Shown one piece after another: positions 7,947 through 16,700 of a stretch of DNA of 32,000 nucleotides. The stretch lies in the NCBI GenBank assembly GCA_963718915.1, contig CAVRAI010000003.1, forward strand, positions 840,001-872,000, given 5' to 3'. This DNA comes from an uncultured Chloroflexia bacterium. Its GTDB lineage: Bacteria; Chloroflexota; Ktedonobacteria; Ktedonobacterales; JADMIN01. The notes beneath the pieces were generated by a model. That model did not search any database and was not told the DNA's origin. It was given only the letters and a program-made list of their open reading frames with translations. Position numbers and translations under genes: made by a program. The stretch's first letter is position 1. Each line of letters begins with the position of its first letter.

Positions 7947-8490
7947 CCCCTTTCACGGGTTGTTGAGCGTGTCGTAGAACAGCGGGTTCGTTACATGTAA
8001 CGAACTAGCTTCCCTCGCGTTACTCTGCGTCATCATCTCCCATCCCCTCCATCGGCTCAGGGAGCGCAGCGAAGACACACCAGTGGGGCGACGCGCTGCC
8101 ACGCTGGCCACCGCCTCAATGCAAGCGGAGTGCCTGCGCCACGGGGCGGACCCTGGCAGCATACCACCATTGCAAGCATCATCATGCATTGTGCCGCATG
8201 AGGGCGCTGCTCAATCGGGAGTATTGTGTCTTCCATAGCCCGGAAGCCACCGAGGGTCGCAGGGTCGGTAGCAGGGTCGGTGGCATGGCAAGCAGCAACG
8301 TACAGCGCGGGCTGAAGCGATTGCCGCCAAATCTGCGTGAGGTGATGGATCATGTAGCGGTCGGCGTCGAGCAGGTGCACGAGGGCACGCTGATGCCTGG
8401 GCAACTCTCGGCCATGGCGGCTGGCGCTACGGCGCTCGTCAAGTTGGTTGAGGCTGCTGTTCTCGCGCCGGGGATTGAGGCGTTGCGCCT

Positions 8491-8548
8491 CCAGGACGCC
8501 GCCCTCTCAAGGCGGAGATCACGGGTTCGAATCCTATATGCGCTACCA
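8491..8548 (+). pseudogene. orphan 3' portion of tRNA-Glu (att-like direct repeat of 7039-7096)
   Basis: 56/58 identical to 7039-7096, with a 44-bp perfect run. The two mismatches (CCCGT to CCTAT) break the T stem. There is no 5' half. Confidence 0.88.
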
Positions 8549-8556
8549 CAAATAGT

Positions 8557-8586
8557 CCTGACCATCATGGTTGGGGCTTTTGTTTT
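8557..8586 (+). terminator. rho-independent terminator-like hairpin after the tRNA-Glu remnant
   Basis: CCTGACC (8557-8563), loop ATCAT, GGTTGGG (8569-8575; 7 bp including two G-U), then GCTTTTGTTTT. Confidence 0.45.
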
Positions 8587-8620
8587 ACCAATGCCGACCC
8601 ATCGCCTGGAGCTGGTTCGA

Positions 8621-8680
8621 TCATGGTGAAAGGCTGACGGTGGGGCGCTCAGGAGGTGGGTAGCGACCGCAGCTCAACCC
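8621..8680. repeat. direct repeat, left copy (displaced 3' end of the oxidoreductase gene)
   Basis: Matches 17495-17558. Perfect 19-mer cggtggggcgctcaggagg (8638-8656 vs 17516-17534) plus 12-mer tagcgaccgcag. The minus strand reads ...VELRSLPTS* (stop at 8649-8651), versus ...IDLRSLHAS* in the intact gene. Confidence 0.8.
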
Positions 8681-8819
8681 CGAAGACCTCATCAGTCAGG
8701 ACGAACTGCTCGAAACGCAGAAGTACGACGAGTTCATTCCTCTGCATCTTCTCCGCAAGGGATTTGCGTCAGACAGACGCGATGTGGAGGGGGTGAAGCG
8801 CCTTGTCGCTACGTGGTAA
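8664..8819 (+). pseudogene. possible orphan C-terminal gene fragment (51 codons, no start codon)
   Basis: Open frame RPQLNPEDLISQDELLETQKYDEFIPLHLLRKGFASDRRDVEGVKRLVATW* begins directly after a stop at the repeat boundary. It has no ATG/GTG/TTG start. Confidence 0.25.
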
Positions 8820-9120
8820 AGCGCACAGCATCACAGATGTACGTAGAAGCTGGGGTGCAAGATTGTTAGTTTGATAGGAGTGCATCGTGTAGCCGGATTG
8901 TCCTGATTGCTGCATTTCCGCTTTTCGCCATCGTTAGGGTATTCATAGTGGTGTGCATTTCCCCCAAAGAGTTGCGCGTTGTCGTACGCACGTATACCCA
9001 CTTTTCGTGCTCAGTCAGGCTCTGCCGTGATACGTGCGCCATGCAAAAAGCGCGATAGGAAATTAGCATTCCGCGAGCATTCCTGCTGAGGAAACAGCAC
9101 CAGCAGAACTGGAGGGCAGC

Positions 9121-10371
9121 ATGGCGTCATTCACTGATCTCGTCGCCAGACATATCCAGCAGCGGCAACAGGAATTTCTGGCTACACTCTCTCCAACGCC
9201 ACACAATCACACGGAAACAATCCTGGCTGAGAGCGTGCAACGATTCTGGCATCCGCTTCCGCAAGACACCGAGGATACACAGACGGAGGCGCTTCCCTCC
9301 AGTTCGGCTGCGGTTGATGGCTCGCGGGCTACGCGGGCGCTGAACGCAGGTGCTGATTGGGTCATCGCGCAGGCATTGCTCCTGGGGACGGGTGGTCTTT
9401 GCCTCACCGCAGCGGATACTGTTCTGCTCAGGGGCGACGCCGAGCGCCCAGCAGTAGATCGCTGTGCGGCCTTGTTGATGCGTTCTCTGGAACTCGACCT
9501 AGCGCTCAAATATGCTCGGAGCGGTGAAGGTGACCTGCTCTTGCTCGATGGTTCCCTTTATGCCGAGTTGCCACATTTGCTCTATCCCCTGGCTGTGCGT
9601 GGTCAGGAACAATTGCCACTGCAGGTGTTACAACGCTACCTCGACCTCTTTGAGTGCTGCCAGGAACGTGGCATAACGCTTCTAGGGGTATCCAAGAGTG
9701 CGCGGTCGAAAGCGCTTGCGCAGGCTATACTTCTCACAAGCCACACAGACACGGTTGAGGGAGATGCAAGCGCTGATGTGGCGCATGTTTCGTTACCGCA
9801 GGCGCCACGACGCGTCGCTCATGACTTCGATGAGATGATGCAACAGGCGCCAACCGATGCAGAGTTACTCCACCGTTGGACATCAGGCGCTGGGTTCAGC
9901 GATCCCATCCTGCTCGGCACCGCATCGTTTGGGCATCGACGCGAGCGAGTTCAGACAGATCCACGGCTACTCGCCGAACAGTTCCGTGGAGGTTCACTGT
10001 CTGAGACCGAGTGTCGCGCCATCTTGGAGCGATTGCGTACTGCTCCCGCCATCGGCACGTTCTACATCCGTCTTGCCCCTGGCGACGATGTGCTTCGGAT
10101 TGACGCGCCAGCCGACATCTATGGAAGAGCAGACAACCATCTGCTCGACGTCCCCCACGAGATGTTGCCATACCAGGATGCAGAGGCTCTTGTCAGATAT
10201 CTGCGTCGCGGATATGGTGGCCCCAATGTCTACAACGCCGCGCTCTATATCGTGGATCGCGAAGTCCGTCTGCACGCACAGACGGTCGATCACCTGTATC
10301 TTTCGCTCTTGCGACGGCAGCTTGACATTCCGATTCGATTTGACCGCTCGACGCTGCGATTTGTTCAGTAG
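9121..10371 (+). CDS. nurA: NurA-like 5'-3' nuclease
   Basis: NurA-type motifs in order: AVDGSRA, SLELDLAL, LLLLDGSLY, LLGVSKSARSK, YNAALYIVDREVR. GGAGGG lies 5 nt upstream of the ATG. Confidence 0.75.
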   Translation: MASFTDLVARHIQQRQQEFLATLSPTPHNHTETILAESVQRFWHPLPQDTEDTQTEALPSSSAAVDGSRATRALNAGADWVIAQALLLGTGGLCLTAADTVLLRGDAERPAVDRCAALLMRSLELDLALKYARSGEGDLLLLDGSLYAELPHLLYPLAVRGQEQLPLQVLQRYLDLFECCQERGITLLGVSKSARSKALAQAILLTSHTDTVEGDASADVAHVSLPQAPRRVAHDFDEMMQQAPTDAELLHRWTSGAGFSDPILLGTASFGHRRERVQTDPRLLAEQFRGGSLSETECRAILERLRTAPAIGTFYIRLAPGDDVLRIDAPADIYGRADNHLLDVPHEMLPYQDAEALVRYLRRGYGGPNVYNAALYIVDREVRLHAQTVDHLYLSLLRRQLDIPIRFDRSTLRFVQ

Positions 10372-10392
10372 CAGCTCAGCAGCAGCTCAGCA
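10371..10392. repeat. 11-bp x2 tandem repeat at the nurA stop
   Basis: GCAGCTCAGCA GCAGCTCAGCA, starting in the last base of the TAG stop codon. Confidence 0.85.
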
Positions 10393-10412
10393 GAGACGCT
10401 TGAGAACGCCCC

Positions 10413-10451
10413 GATGGAGGACAGTGATGGAGGACAGTGATGGAGGACAGT
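10413..10451. repeat. 13-bp x3 tandem repeat, each unit carrying GGAGGA plus ATG
   Basis: GATGGAGGACAGT x3, followed by a partial fourth unit (ATGGAG). ATGs at 10414, 10427 and 10440 fall in three different frames. Confidence 0.9.
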
Positions 10452-12155
10452 ATGGAGCGCCAACTATCTTCTCTCTATGGTCTGGAAGCAGGATTCATTG
10501 TAGGTGAGACCAATCCACTGGAGTTCACCTTCGTCAGCAGTCGCGAGATGCTCCCTCCCCGTCTGGAATATTTGATTGTTCCGGGCGTCGAAGAGCGTAC
10601 TGCGTTATCTGGTACAGAAGCACAACCAAAACGAGTGGATGTACTAGCACAGGTGACTGAGGTAGGCATCGACTCCGCCGTTCTCTCCGAACGCCTGACG
10701 TATGACGAGGCGCTGGCAATCCTGCGAGGAGCCTACGCGCCACCGCCTAAGATGTACGGACGCGCGCGTGTCATTGGCTATCTCGCGGGCCAGACAGTGC
10801 GCGTACCCCGTTGCGCGGCGAGTCCAGGGAGCACTGTCTATGTCGCGCCGGATGCCTTTCTGCAACGTTTCTTCAGCCAAGAGATCAATGCGGGCATCGA
10901 CCTGGGAACGCTCATCAATCGCCCTGAAGTGCCTGTTCTCCTTGACCCAAACGGCCTGCGTCGTCATCTGGCCATCATTGCGCAGACGGGGGCAGGCAAA
11001 TCGTATCTGGCGGGAAAACTCTTCGAGAGCCTCCTCCAATTGGGAGCGACCATTTTCGTCTTTGATCCTAACTCTGACTACGTTCAGTTGCGAAAGGTGG
11101 CCAGACAAGAGCAGCAGCCGTATGACGCCGCAGAGAGAACCGCATTTGCCGATGACATTGCGATCTACCGAATTCCAGGGATCCAGGGTAGACGTTTTCC
11201 CGATGCGATAATAGGGCCAACCAGCGATTTTACCGTCCGTTTCTCCGATCTCGACGCAGATGAAATCAGTGTACTGGTTGGCATATCCGAACGCGCAACC
11301 AACTTGCGTGGAGCCGTCAACCGGGCATGCGCCCAACTGAGGCAACGCAACATTGACTATCGTCCGGCGGAACTGATCGCAGAACTACAGGGCCGCAACA
11401 ACGAACCTCCGACCGAGGAAGAAGACAAATCCGCAGATGACAATCCGCTTGGGCAGGAAGATAGGCAGACGGCATACAAGGCTGCGCGCTATATCGAGCG
11501 ATTGAAAGACCTCGCGGTGTGGGGGTATCAGGACGTGGATATCGAGCCGTTGCTAGCCCCACAGCATCTGACCGTGTTCGACCTCGCTGGAGCAGATAAG
11601 ATGGTGGCCGCCTACGCCGCCGAACGCACCCTGCGTGAGATTTGGCAGCGCGCACTCAGGGGGAAGTTGAATCACCCCGTCTTCATTGTGCTGGAAGAGG
11701 CGCACAACCTCATCCCAGCGGCTGGCAATACCCGCGCCAGTCGTATCATCAATACCATCGCTGCCGAGGGCCGAAAGTTTCGCGTCTTCCTGACACTCAT
11801 CACCCAGAGACCCAGTAAGGTCAATCCAGATACACTCTCGCAATGCGGCAGCCAGATTATTATGCAACTCACCAATCCCGATGACCAGCGCGCTGTGCAG
11901 AAAGCATCAGAGGCTATCTCTGCTGAACTGCTAGCGGATCTTCCGGGATTGAATAAAGGCGAGGCTATTGTACTCGGCCAGTTGACACGCATCCCGGTGA
12001 TGCTCTCTGTCTCTGGGCGAGCATCAGCCGAAGGTGGAAGCGATATAGATGTCGTGCAGGAACTCAAACGCGCGGCACTCGCCAGGGGTACTCAACGCGC
12101 GGCCCAGGAGATGCGCGGGCGAGGGGCAGTCGCCCGTCAACGTGAGGAATGGTGA
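10437..12155 (+). CDS. herA: HerA/FtsK-class hexameric ATPase (DUF87/HerA-like)
   Basis: N-terminal barrel-like region. Walker A IIAQTGAGKSY (about 10981-11010). Walker B VFIVLEEAHNLIP. LITQRPSKVNPDTLSQCGSQIIMQLTNPDD. In-frame starts at GTG 10437, ATG 10440 and ATG 10452. Confidence 0.88.
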   Translation: MMEDSMERQLSSLYGLEAGFIVGETNPLEFTFVSSREMLPPRLEYLIVPGVEERTALSGTEAQPKRVDVLAQVTEVGIDSAVLSERLTYDEALAILRGAYAPPPKMYGRARVIGYLAGQTVRVPRCAASPGSTVYVAPDAFLQRFFSQEINAGIDLGTLINRPEVPVLLDPNGLRRHLAIIAQTGAGKSYLAGKLFESLLQLGATIFVFDPNSDYVQLRKVARQEQQPYDAAERTAFADDIAIYRIPGIQGRRFPDAIIGPTSDFTVRFSDLDADEISVLVGISERATNLRGAVNRACAQLRQRNIDYRPAELIAELQGRNNEPPTEEEDKSADDNPLGQEDRQTAYKAARYIERLKDLAVWGYQDVDIEPLLAPQHLTVFDLAGADKMVAAYAAERTLREIWQRALRGKLNHPVFIVLEEAHNLIPAAGNTRASRIINTIAAEGRKFRVFLTLITQRPSKVNPDTLSQCGSQIIMQLTNPDDQRAVQKASEAISAELLADLPGLNKGEAIVLGQLTRIPVMLSVSGRASAEGGSDIDVVQELKRAALARGTQRAAQEMRGRGAVARQREEW

Positions 12156-12217
12156 CGGTTAGGAGTCGACCGAGCGCTGGCGAGATGACTTGTTTGTGAT
12201 GAGAGGGATGGAGCAGG

Positions 12218-13204
12218 ATGGGTGATCTGGATAGCCGCGAAAATCCTGGTGAGACTCGGCAACGTGAGCGGGAACATGAAGATATGTGGACGAATGATAT
12301 TTTGCGGGTGGTGGTGACGGCCGACAACCATCTTTCTGCATTTACACCTAAACTCTCTCCACAACGACTGAGCGAACGTCGGCAACGGCTGCGCAGGGCA
12401 TTCGCGCGGGTGGTGGATGAGGCTATTGCCCGGCAGGCCCATCTGTTCATCCAGGCAGGCGATCTTTTCGACAGCATCGAGCCACGCAATCTGGAGCGCG
12501 AATTCGTCGCCGCACAGCTTGCGCGCCTGCATTCGGCTGGTATTCAGACATTCGGCATCAGTGGCAATCATGATACGCCACGCCAGCGTACTGAGCATGG
12601 TGGTTTCGCTCCTCAGGGTATCTATGCCGAACTTGGGGGTATTCACTACTTCCCTGAATCGGACTGCATCAAGCCCGTTCTGGTTGAGGCGGCACGTATG
12701 CGCGTAGCGGTGGCAGGTCTGAGTTGTAATCCAGGTGCGGCGCCCGGAGGCGATCCGCTCGATGATGTGGTGACAGAAGACCCGGATGGCAACCTGGCGC
12801 GTGCAGATGTTGGTATCCTGATACTGCATGCGGCTATCGAGGGTCATGGCTTTCCCAGCGAAGATGAGTTATTCGTCCGACGAGCGAGCATCGAGCGTAT
12901 CACAGGCTTCAAGCTGATCCTTGCGGGACATGTTCATGCCTACGCGCGATTCGACGTAGCCAACAAGTCCGTGGTAGTGTGTGGCCCTACGGCGCGTATG
13001 AGCTTTGGCGAGGCGGAGGACAAAACGGGCTTTGCTTATCTGGAGCTTCGCCACGATGGACGCTTCCATTCCGAGCATGTTGCCATTCCCTCTCAGCCAC
13101 GGCATATTGTGACAATCCAAACGTCCGAACTCTGGCCCCAACAACAGCAGCAGATTCTGACACCATCAGATCGCATGACGATCACCGACTGCCGACGCTG
13201 CTGA
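12218..13204 (+). CDS. Mre11/SbcD-family metallophosphoesterase nuclease domain (ends prematurely relative to family architecture)
   Basis: All phosphoesterase motifs are present: VVTADNHL, QAGDLFD, GISGNHD, ILILHAAIEG, LAGHVHAY. GGAG lies 5 nt upstream of ATG 12218. Stop at 13202-13204 after a Q-rich stretch. Confidence 0.85.
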   Translation: MGDLDSRENPGETRQREREHEDMWTNDILRVVVTADNHLSAFTPKLSPQRLSERRQRLRRAFARVVDEAIARQAHLFIQAGDLFDSIEPRNLEREFVAAQLARLHSAGIQTFGISGNHDTPRQRTEHGGFAPQGIYAELGGIHYFPESDCIKPVLVEAARMRVAVAGLSCNPGAAPGGDPLDDVVTEDPDGNLARADVGILILHAAIEGHGFPSEDELFVRRASIERITGFKLILAGHVHAYARFDVANKSVVVCGPTARMSFGEAEDKTGFAYLELRHDGRFHSEHVAIPSQPRHIVTIQTSELWPQQQQQILTPSDRMTITDCRRC

Positions 13205-13358
13205 TGTATCTGGCATATCTGCCGCAGTAGCGCCATCCGATGCGCCATCAGCAACCTATCCGCCGGATGCTGTCCAGGACATCACAGCGCTTCCAGGCTC
13301 TGATTCTACACGTCCTGCCGCAGACACTGCGGAAGCTGAGGATACCGTACACCGAGCA

Positions 13359-13724
13359 ATGCAGGTGATTCTCGATCGGATCAGGCCGTACTGTACCCCT
13401 GACGCGATGGTACGGCTCTGCCTCACAGGTCCGATTTCTCGCGAGCGCTACCGCGCACTTGATCTGCGCAAAGTTTGGCTTATCGCGCAACATCAGGCGT
13501 TCTCGTTTGAACTCGATGAGTCTGGCCTCTTTCTGGTCGAGCAGGGATCGCAGGAGCAGGTGGTTCGTGGTGAGCGCATCGCGCCGCGTGAGATGCTGGA
13601 GCAGGTCATGGGAGCCTGGATGGATCGTGCCAAGACAACTGCTGAACGCACGCTTTTGGCAAAGACTCGCGAACGAGTTCTCACATTATACGAGCAGTTA
13701 ACGGGGGGGGAAGCGACGCGATGA
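13359..13724 (+). CDS. Mre11 C-terminal (capping/Rad50-binding-like) domain encoded as a separate ORF in another frame
   Basis: VILDRIRPYCTPDAMVRLCLTGPISRERYRALDL... resembles the region that follows the nuclease core in single-chain Mre11/SbcD homologues. This frame is open from 13179. Its stop overlaps the next gene's start (ATGA at 13721-13724). Confidence 0.55.
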   Translation: MQVILDRIRPYCTPDAMVRLCLTGPISRERYRALDLRKVWLIAQHQAFSFELDESGLFLVEQGSQEQVVRGERIAPREMLEQVMGAWMDRAKTTAERTLLAKTRERVLTLYEQLTGGEATR

Positions 13725-16700
13725 TTACGCTCCGACATCTGCATGTGGAGAACTTTAAGGGGCTGGATAGCGTAGACCTCTCCTTCCCTGAACAGGGCAG
13801 CATCCTCATCGAAGGCCATAACGAAGCAGGAAAGTCAACCCTTTTCGAGGCAGTCTATGTCGCACTCTATGGTGAGCCTTTAGTCGGCGAGGACAATCGC
13901 CCACGTCTTGAGGAGGTCATCAAGCATGGTCAGCCGCAGGCGCTGGTCGAATTGACCTTCGCCGTCAGCACCGAGCAACTCACGATACGCCGTGTCTTGA
14001 GACGGGAACAACCTCAACAGGCGCGGCTTACTATCCGCCAACCCAATGGTCATGAGGAGACTGTCAATCGTCCCACCGCCGTCAATCGACGCATCCTGCA
14101 AGAGTTGAACAATTTGGACGGCGATAATCTGCGCAACTCGTGCTTCGTCGAGCAGAAGGAACTGGGACGGCTGGAGGACATGAATCCCAGCAGGCGTGAG
14201 CAGGCAATCCAAAGCCTCCTGGGACTTGAGCGATTGACAAAGCTCTCAGACCAGTTCAAGTTCAAGCGCGAGCAGGAACGCGAGCTAGATCATGCACGGC
14301 GTCTACTCGAACTGGCCTACGCGCAACAGGATGTACGGGTGCTGGTGGTGGAAGAGCAGGCGGCTGCTGAACGTCTCGATGCCACGAGGATTGCCGCGCA
14401 ACTCACAGAATGCGCTGCGCTTGAAGAACAGCAGACGGCTCTCCGGGAGCAGTCGCAGGCAAATGTATTCCGTGAGACCGATCTACGCGGGCGGCTGGAG
14501 TATGCTGGCCGCATACGCGGCCAGGTTTCCAGGTGCAATGTGGTGCAGCAGCAACTGGAAAGAGCGACTGCTCAAAGGGAAACTGTAGAGCGGTTGAAGG
14601 GGAAGCTGGCAGAGATGGATGCCATCGAGCGCCAGGCAATACCCGAAACGAGAACACAACTCGACCGAACCTTGACGGCGCTCAAGTTGGTGGTTGACGC
14701 CGAAGAAAAGCGCATGGCAGTGCATGATGCTACTGGCATTGAGCAAGAAGCGCTACGTGCCGTTGCAGAGCTTGAACGGGCTAAAGAGGTCGTGCGTCAA
14801 CGGGCAGAAACGCTGGATATATCACGTGCGCGAGCGAATCAACACCGCAAGGAAGCAGCTTCGTCGCGCGAACAAAACCAGCGACAACTCGCGATACTGA
14901 GCGCTCGACATAATCAGTTGAGCCATATGCTTGAGTTGGTTATGGCATGGGAGCATAAACGCGACGCATTAGAGGCAGTGCGTCAGCAGATTCGTGATGC
15001 AGAGAAGAATGCGCAAAGGCTCCTGGAGCTTCGCGCTACCCTACTGCAGCGAGAAGAGACAGCCCACCAAGCGGTAGGTAGAGCGGAACAAGCGGAACGT
15101 AAGCGTCAACAGGCGGAGTCGCACCGGCGACAATCAGAGGGATATGAAGCGCTGCACGAGTGGATACGCCTGAAGGAGGTTGAGGCCTCGCTCTCCGGCT
15201 TTGCGCAGGATCGCACCACAATGGAAGCGGAGCGCCAACAGGCCACCGCTGCGTATGCGAGCGCCCAGGCGCGAGCGCGCGGGTTATTGTACCAAACAGC
15301 GGCCACTATGCTGCTGGCAATGATTGCTCTCGTAGCCGGAGCTATTCTATCCCCCTGGCTATTGGTCATTGGAGCTATCCTTGGAGTAGTGGCTATCTTC
15401 CGTGGTGGCGGCTATTGGCGTTCTCGCGTTGCGACGACAGCGGGTAAACAGGCAGTCGAGAGCGTGGCGAACAAGCTTCGCGAGCTCACAATGCGCTATC
15501 AGGCGGCGGTGCATGCTGGGGGTGATCCTGCCCAGCTCGGTCAGCGTGAGCGTGCCCTTACCGCAGCAGGATTCGCAGTCCCCTCGTCGCTTGATGCTGC
15601 GCGTAATCTACTGGCCAGGCTGTCTGCGGAAGGGATCATAGACTATCAGCGTGCAAGGGTGTCAGCAGATGAAGCGGTGACGACACTGGCCCGATTGAAG
15701 GCCGAGGCAGAGCGAGCACAAGGCGATGTCGATCAGACCAGGGTGGCGCTGCACAACCTTGAAGAGCAGGGTGATGCGTCTGTAATGCTGCGTGAACTCC
15801 ACATACGTGAGACCCAGGAGAGCAAAGCAGCCGAAGCTGCTGAGGCAACGGCTCGCGAGGCTACGAAAGGGGAATTGTCATGGCCGACGAATCAAGCTCA
15901 GATCGACATGGCGGCTGCGGCATGTCAGGCGGAGCAACAAACCATTCAGCGCACAATGGCTGATGCGGAAGCCCAGACAAGGCGCATAGAGCATGACGAT
16001 GAAGATGCTATCGCGCAAGCACACCAAGTACTTAGAACCGCTGAGGACGCTGTTGCGGTATTGCAGATGCCTGATCCTCAGGCAATGCTTACGGATGCGC
16101 AGGCAAATCTTGTCCATGCCGAAGAACTCGCGCGCGCAGCTGAAACGCAGTCGCAGTTGGCTGTTCGGGGCATGGGATTATCGCCCGAACGGACGGCAGT
16201 CGAGGCGGCGCGTGGGCGAGTAGAGGAGCGTCTGCGGAACCTGGAAAGCCAACTGACAACCCGGCCAGCGGTTGAAACTGCGTTCACTAACGCACAAACG
16301 ACATATGCAGACATGCTGCAGAAAGCGAGCAATGCGCTCCTGGCAATCGTGGAATCAGCCCGTTCACTTGCAATCGCATCGCTTCAAGGCGTCGCGGCGC
16401 TTGAAGATCAGGCCGCGCGTGAGCGTCCGTTGGCCGCCAGGCTAGACGAGGTGTGTGCTGCCCTCGTATCTGCGCTCACCGAGCTTCATGAGGCAGATGC
16501 ACAGACTGAGCTAGAGCGCCTCCTGCATGAGAAGGGGACACTGAACCAGCGCCTACAGTCTATGGAGAGTCAACTTGCCTCTATTGAGGGGGACATCCAG
16601 AGTATCTTGGCGGCGCGTCACCTCCCTACGCCTACCCAATATACTGCTACGGCATTGGCTGCTGTGTGGCCGTTGATCGGAACAGCCTCGGCTCACGAGC

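Noticed and set aside
5375-8548. The near-identical spacing of the two small repeat pairs (1460 bp and 1452 bp) suggested the two 1.4-kb inserts might be copies of one element.
   Set aside because: By eye I found no sequence similarity between 5441-6834 and 7097-8490. I treat the similar size as coincidence unless an alignment says otherwise.
8866-9069. 67-aa minus-strand ORF divergent from nurA, considered as a small regulator of the cassette.
   Set aside because: It has no HTH or other recognisable motif and no clear SD. It lies in the AT-richer leader, where random ORFs are likely.
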